The notes below the pieces were generated by a model. It was not told the origin of the DNA. It did no database searches and saw nothing but the letters and a program-made list of their open reading frames with translations. Of a stretch of 64,000 nucleotides of DNA, positions 59,285 to 64,000 are shown piece after piece (positions within the stretch are counted from its first letter, which is position 1; each line of letters begins with the position of its first letter). This DNA is from Balamuthia mandrillaris. Taxonomy: Eukaryota. A program made the translations under genes and the position numbers. The stretch covers positions 124,001 through 188,000 of the forward strand of contig JAVKOQ020000015.1 of the NCBI GenBank assembly GCA_031835245.2. Reading direction: 5' to 3'.

Positions 59285-60175
59285 TCACTTGGGCTTCGCC
59301 TCGCTTGATTGTTGAACGATCCACACGACAATCTCCTTGTGTCCCTTCTTCTCTGCAGCTCTCAAGCAATCCCCTGCATTCCAGGGGCAACCATGCGCTC
59401 GCAGCCACTGGAGCGCCTTCAAGTGTCCACCATCCACGACACGCCTGCAGACCTCCTCATCCCACGCGTAGCTGTGCTCCCTGGCCCACTTCAACGCCCC
59501 CAAGTGTCCCCAGATGGCCGCCAGCTGGCAAATGTTTGGGTTGTCGGGGCAGCCGTGGGCTTTGGCCCATTCCAGCACCTCGACGTGCCCTGTGACCGCT
59601 GCCCCTCCCAACACCTCGGGACCCCACCGGCATCCCTGCTCCCTTAGCCACCGGAGCACTGCCAAATGTCCGCTGCTGGCTGCCCTGGCGCAAAGATCAC
59701 CCCCGAGCGCCCACCCTTGCGCTCTGAGCCACTGCAACAACCCCAAGGCGCCATGCTCGGCAGCGATGAGGCAGGTGTGCCAGCGCTCGGCAGCGTAGCC
59801 GTTCTGCGAGGCCCACTGAAAGAGAGGCACCCTGGTGCATGCCCGCCGTGCGAAGAGCGTGCGTCGGAGTGGAGGGGAGGAGCAACGGAACCAGCGGCGA
59901 CAGGTCCTGGCCGCCACCGCCACCATGTCCTCGGGCAGCTGCTCCAACACCTGGCACAGCAGTTCATCGGGCAACAGCTCTTCCACCCAACACACTTGTT
60001 CCGTCTCCTTCGACGTCGAGCTTGCCCGGCTTTGCGCGGAGGACGCAGCTCTCGACCGTTTTGTTGGCGTGGTTTCTCCCTCCCCCACCTTCACGCCCGT
60101 GCGTTGTTGCTCTGTTTCGTCGTTCTGATCCTCCTCCTCTTCAGCTCTGCATTGGCGTTTGCGTGGTGCCTTCAT
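59285..60175 (-). CDS. Intronless F-box + ankyrin-like repeat protein, paralog of 28063-29139
   Basis: ELLPDELLCQVLEQLPEDMVAVAARTCRRWFRCS; repeats of GHL..L.W.R.HGC.W. Confidence 0.9.
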   Translation of the reverse strand: MKAPRKRQCRAEEEEDQNDETEQQRTGVKVGEGETTPTKRSRAASSAQSRASSTSKETEQVCWVEELLPDELLCQVLEQLPEDMVAVAARTCRRWFRCSSPPLRRTLFARRACTRVPLFQWASQNGYAAERWHTCLIAAEHGALGLLQWLRAQGWALGGDLCARAASSGHLAVLRWLREQGCRWGPEVLGGAAVTGHVEVLEWAKAHGCPDNPNICQLAAIWGHLGALKWAREHSYAWDEEVCRRVVDGGHLKALQWLRAHGCPWNAGDCLRAAEKKGHKEIVVWIVQQSSEAKPK

Positions 60176-60226
60176 TCTGCTTCGTTATAGCGGTAATGCG
60201 TTACAAAACGCAACCTCGTAGGCCGA

Positions 60227-60745
60227 TGGCAGCAAGAAGACGAACGAAGCGATGCAGCGCGAATCAAAGAAACGCAGCGAGCTCTTTGTTGAGGAAGGAG
60301 AGGGAGTGCCCGAACGAGCAGGCGGTACAAAAAGAAGCAAAGGGACTCAAGAGCTGTTCAGGAGGAGATGGAGGTGGTGGAGGCCAAGGAAGTTTTCCTT
60401 GGCCTGCTGTGCTGGCTTAGGTGGCGCAATTAGCTCCTCATTCTGGTACAGGCCCTTGGAAGGAGCACACCTGCCACCTGACCGCTCTGCTACAGGTGCT
60501 GCTGCTCCAAGGGCAACCATTCCTTCTCGCCCACTCCAATGGGCCAGAGCCAACGGCTGCCCCGATGACCCCCTCCTGTGCCACCGTGTGGCCGATTGGA
60601 GGTGCTGAGCGGGCGACAGAGCAGAGGGCTATCCTTTGAGAGAGGGCAACTCCGTCTCGTTGCCGCGTGGCTGCGAGAGCAGGGGCTGTGTTACAAAAGG
60701 CATTGCGCCGAGGGCACACGGACATGGTGAAATGGCCTCTGCTTT
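60227..60745 (+). pseudogene. Decayed ankyrin-like repeat gene, head-to-head with 59285-60175
   Basis: Fragments MAARRRTKRC, LQWARANGCPDDPLLC and ALRRGHTDMVKW lie in broken frames. Confidence 0.65.
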
Positions 60746-60852
60746 GAACTTACCGCCTTGCTAATAATTAAATGTTCTTTAAAGCTTGCTTCCCAGTATT
60801 ACCTTGCGTCATTACTGCTGGCTCACAGACAAGTAAACAAAGACAAAACGAA

Positions 60853-62313
60853 ATGGTGTGTCCGGCGCCTTGGTTCCTCTTCCTCTTCACCTTCGGTTTA
60901 CTATTGTGCGCCACCGCAGGGCAAACTTCGATGGTTGAAGGTCCGCCAGCAGAGGATCTGAAGCCTCGCACATTCTGGACGGGGAACGGGTGCAGCTTCG
61001 CTTCAAACGGGGACAGCCGCAAGCCTGGTTCCTGCCGAAAGAAGGGCCGGACAAGTGGTTCTACATCAAGCCGTACACGTTTGCAGAGAGGGGTTGCAAA
61101 GAGTACAGAAGGGTCTACTTTCACCCGGACCAGCTGGGGGAGCTACTGGAGTGTGACAAGGAGTTCCCCTTCGAACGGGGGTTGGTAGGCCAAACGGCGG
61201 ACCACGAGTGGAAAGTGTTGGAGACAAACGTGAACGCGCCGGGGCTTTCTTTCGTGATGGAAGAGTTTGGCAGCCCTTTTGCCTCTTTCACCATTCGCTT
61301 TGAGCTGTTTGGCAATCGCTCTTCCGAAGTAAAGATGCAGTGAGTACAGTGTTGTGGTGAAAGCTTTTTTTTGTAACTGCTTGCTCATACGTTTATCTTC
61401 AAACAAGAAACGCCAAAGGAACAGTTAGAGTGATTCCCATTGAGCCTCATTCCGTCAAGCTGACCTTTCATCTCCAAAACTTCACCTCTCACGTGGTCAA
61501 CTCGTTTGTTCCTCCCGAAGAGGACGGCAGCTCGACCGTTTACTCTGAGATAAACGCGTTCATCGAAGTGGGATTCTCGGACGAGTACACTCCCATTGTG
61601 GGGCATCGCTCCTGGCGTCCTGGAAATCAGTGGCGATACGTTCTTTCGATTGCTATCGGTGCCTCTGAACAACAACGAATGGAAGATGGAGATGAATATG
61701 GTAATGCCTTGGTTTATTTGTTCCTATTTTGGAGGCTTGCTCCTGTCGTTGTTTGTCGTTTTGCTCTTCTCTCTCTCTCTCTCTCTCTCTTGTTGGTGAC
61801 TTGTTTCCATCCTCCTTTTCTTGGATGTTTGTACACAGGCGAACTTCACCGTATCATCGCCTCCAACTATATCACAACTTGTTCGTGCTGAAGCGGACTG
61901 GGGCTTCGAGCAGGTCTTGATGAACGCAGCCTTTTTAGAGCTGAGCGACGACAACAGAACTTTTTCTTTTGCTGCTCAAGCTCCAGGTGCAACTGACCTT
62001 CTATACGACCCAGGTTTGTTTAGTAAAACTTCTGCTTCCGTTCATCAATCGCTTTCTTACTGTTGGGCTTTCATTTTATTGTTTCTTTTGTGTATGTATA
62101 TGAGCAGACTTTCGTGTATTCTTTGCCGGCTCGGAAGAGGATGATGAACAGGAGAGTTCAGACAACGACAGGGAATGGCTGGTCCCGCTGGCCGTTACTC
62201 TGCCCACAGCAGTGTTCTTGGTGTTGATCGTCTTCCTTGCCGTCGTCATCGTCCGCCGGTACCATAACCGCCAAACCCCCGTGGAGAGCACCACCTCTCA
62301 AGTCAACTTCTGA
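60853..62313 (+). CDS. Type I membrane protein of the amoebozoan ComC-like (YDPDF) class; one frameshift near 60980
   Basis: Signal peptide, HSVKLTFHLQNF, LLYDP/DFRVF, TM WLVPLAVTLPTAVFLVLIVFLAVVIV. Three in-phase introns; adding one G to the GGGG run joins the signal peptide to the rest. Confidence 0.65.
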
Positions 62314-62595
62314 TCAGAGAGAGCAAGCAGCACGAGCGGGAGTGGAGAAGCAAAAGGAGGGAGGCGAATAAACAACAACCAATAAAAATTCAAATAGGTT
62401 CATTCATTTTGATTTTGATTGGTTCAAAATCAAAAAGTTTTATTAATCAAATCCACCAATGGGAGCAGATCATATTACTGACGTCATCGATGTCTGCAAA
62501 AAACCCCTTCAGCGAAATGTAACGCTGAAGAGGTAAACAAAAAAAGAAAGAGAAGAAGGAAAAGCCGCCAAACGCTTGAAACCAAACCAACAAGA

Positions 62596-62750
62596 ATGTC
62601 GTTCTCATTTTCCAAGAGAAAAACGCCCAATAAAAGTCCTCGTAACGTGGCCACGAGAACGCCTTCTCTTGCACCATCCACTGCTGCCGGTACGTTCGAT
62701 CCATGCATGAGGTTTTTCCTCTGTAAACGTTTTCGGGTTTGACAAATAAC

Positions 62751-62820
<70 letters not shown>

Positions 62821-64000
62821 CTCAGAGCGTGAGGAAGAGAAAGTGGACAAAGAAACGCCCACCATAACAACCACCGATGTCGACGCTCTGAAGAAACAGA
62901 AGAAGAAGAAAAAGAAGGTCCAGAAGCCAAAGGAGGTCATTCCTTCCTTCCATGCCGACACTTCAATTCTTCTCTACCGGAGCGACGTTTTAACAGTTCA
63001 AGAAACTCGGCAGCTTCATCTCTCCTCTTCTTCCTCTCCACATGACGAGAAAGAAGAAGACAAAAAGAAAGAAGAGAAAGAAGGAAATGCTTTCTGGGTG
63101 GATATCGGGGACTTGCCGCAAACGTTTCAGCCTGCGTCTCTCTTCTTCCTCTCGGAGACGGATCCCTCGGCCCACCTGATGGAGCACCGGCTGGTCGGAG
63201 CGGAGAACTTTGTGGAGGGGCTTCAGGCCTTGAAGGGCAAGAAGGTGGTCGTGCAGCCGCTTGCGGGAGAGGCGGAGGGCGGAGGACCTCTTGTTGGCAC
63301 TTTGTTGAACGTGCTGAGCGATAACAGCTTCGTTCTTCAGAATGAGGTTTATTGCTATTCACTCTCTGTCTCTTCTTTCTTTGTTATCTCTTCTTTCTTG
63401 CTTTCTTGTCCTTGTTGTTTCTTTCTTCTTTCCTCTTTCCTTCCTTCTTCCTTTGTTTGCTTTTCTTCTCCTTGTTCTTATAGCAAACGTTTCTTTTCAT
63501 ATAATACTCCAAGGATGGAGAAAAAATAACGCTAGGAAGAACTGCCAGAGCAGTCGTTTATGCTGCTGATGGCCAGGGCGTAGCAACCGACAAAGAGGAG
63601 ATGCAAAGAAGCGCTCTCGTAGGCTCTTTGCAAACGGTCCTTCGTGGCAAGGTTCGCACCCGCCAAGAAGGACAACTTACCGTCAAACTACTCTATTGTA
63701 TGTTTTTTCCTCTCATCTTCCTCTCCTTGCTTTGTTCTCTCTAACAAAAACGAAAACCAAACCAACACAGCTGCTTCCGGATGCACATGGACGGCCAACT
63801 ACACTGTCCTCGTCCATCCCAACCAAAAGCAAGTGCAGATAAACGCCTGGTGGGCCATTGACAACACGAGTGGCAAGTCCTTCCGCAACGCCGCCATCGC
63901 GCTCATCGCCGACGAGCTGACCAACGAGCCCGATGAAAACGATGCGCTCACCCTCAACAATAACAACAGCAGCAGTTTGTCATCGGCCAAGAGGATGACA
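62596..64000 (+). CDS. DUF4139-like protein (3' end beyond window)
   Basis: VQETRQL..DLPQTFQPASL..LKGKKVVV..GTLL and LLYSASGCTWTANY..INAWWAIDNTSGKSFRNAAIALIA match the remembered DUF4139 pattern; introns are in phase. Confidence 0.7.
62754..62816. repeat. (CA)n microsatellite in intron 1 of the DUF4139-like gene
   Basis: About 30 perfect CA units. Confidence 0.95.

Overview
Gene-dense, intron-rich eukaryotic DNA with many (GA/CT)n and (TTC)n microsatellites. Gene content and intron style point to a free-living amoebozoan, probably Balamuthia/Acanthamoeba-like (inference). I built the gene models by hand, joining ORF fragments across GT-AG sites and checking phase. Family assignments come from remembered motifs, not database searches. 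About 25 protein genes are supported: a triple calponin-homology protein, BET bromodomain protein, F-box/WD40, COMMD7, PRUNE-like exopolyphosphatase, a small Sib/integrin-beta-like vWA receptor, thioredoxin, a villin-like protein, a Zn2Cys6-PAS factor, two giant-virus-type F-box/ankyrin genes, a NEIL2-like glycosylase, tandem GT31 glycosyltransferases, a membrane-fused PQQ/sorbosone-type dehydrogenase, YEATS2, delta-COP, a RasGAP/peroxiredoxin-like fusion, CTR9, iodotyrosine deiodinase, a ComC-type receptor and a DUF4139-like protein. Several decayed copies are also present. Highlights: a U12-type AT-AC intron in COMMD7; a likely non-coding host gene carrying an orphan C/D snoRNA; a U43/snR70-like snoRNA in a CTR9 intron; the RasGAP-CxxC redoxin fusion; the tetraspan-PQQ dehydrogenase fusion; and a GTCGAC motif clustered in promoters.
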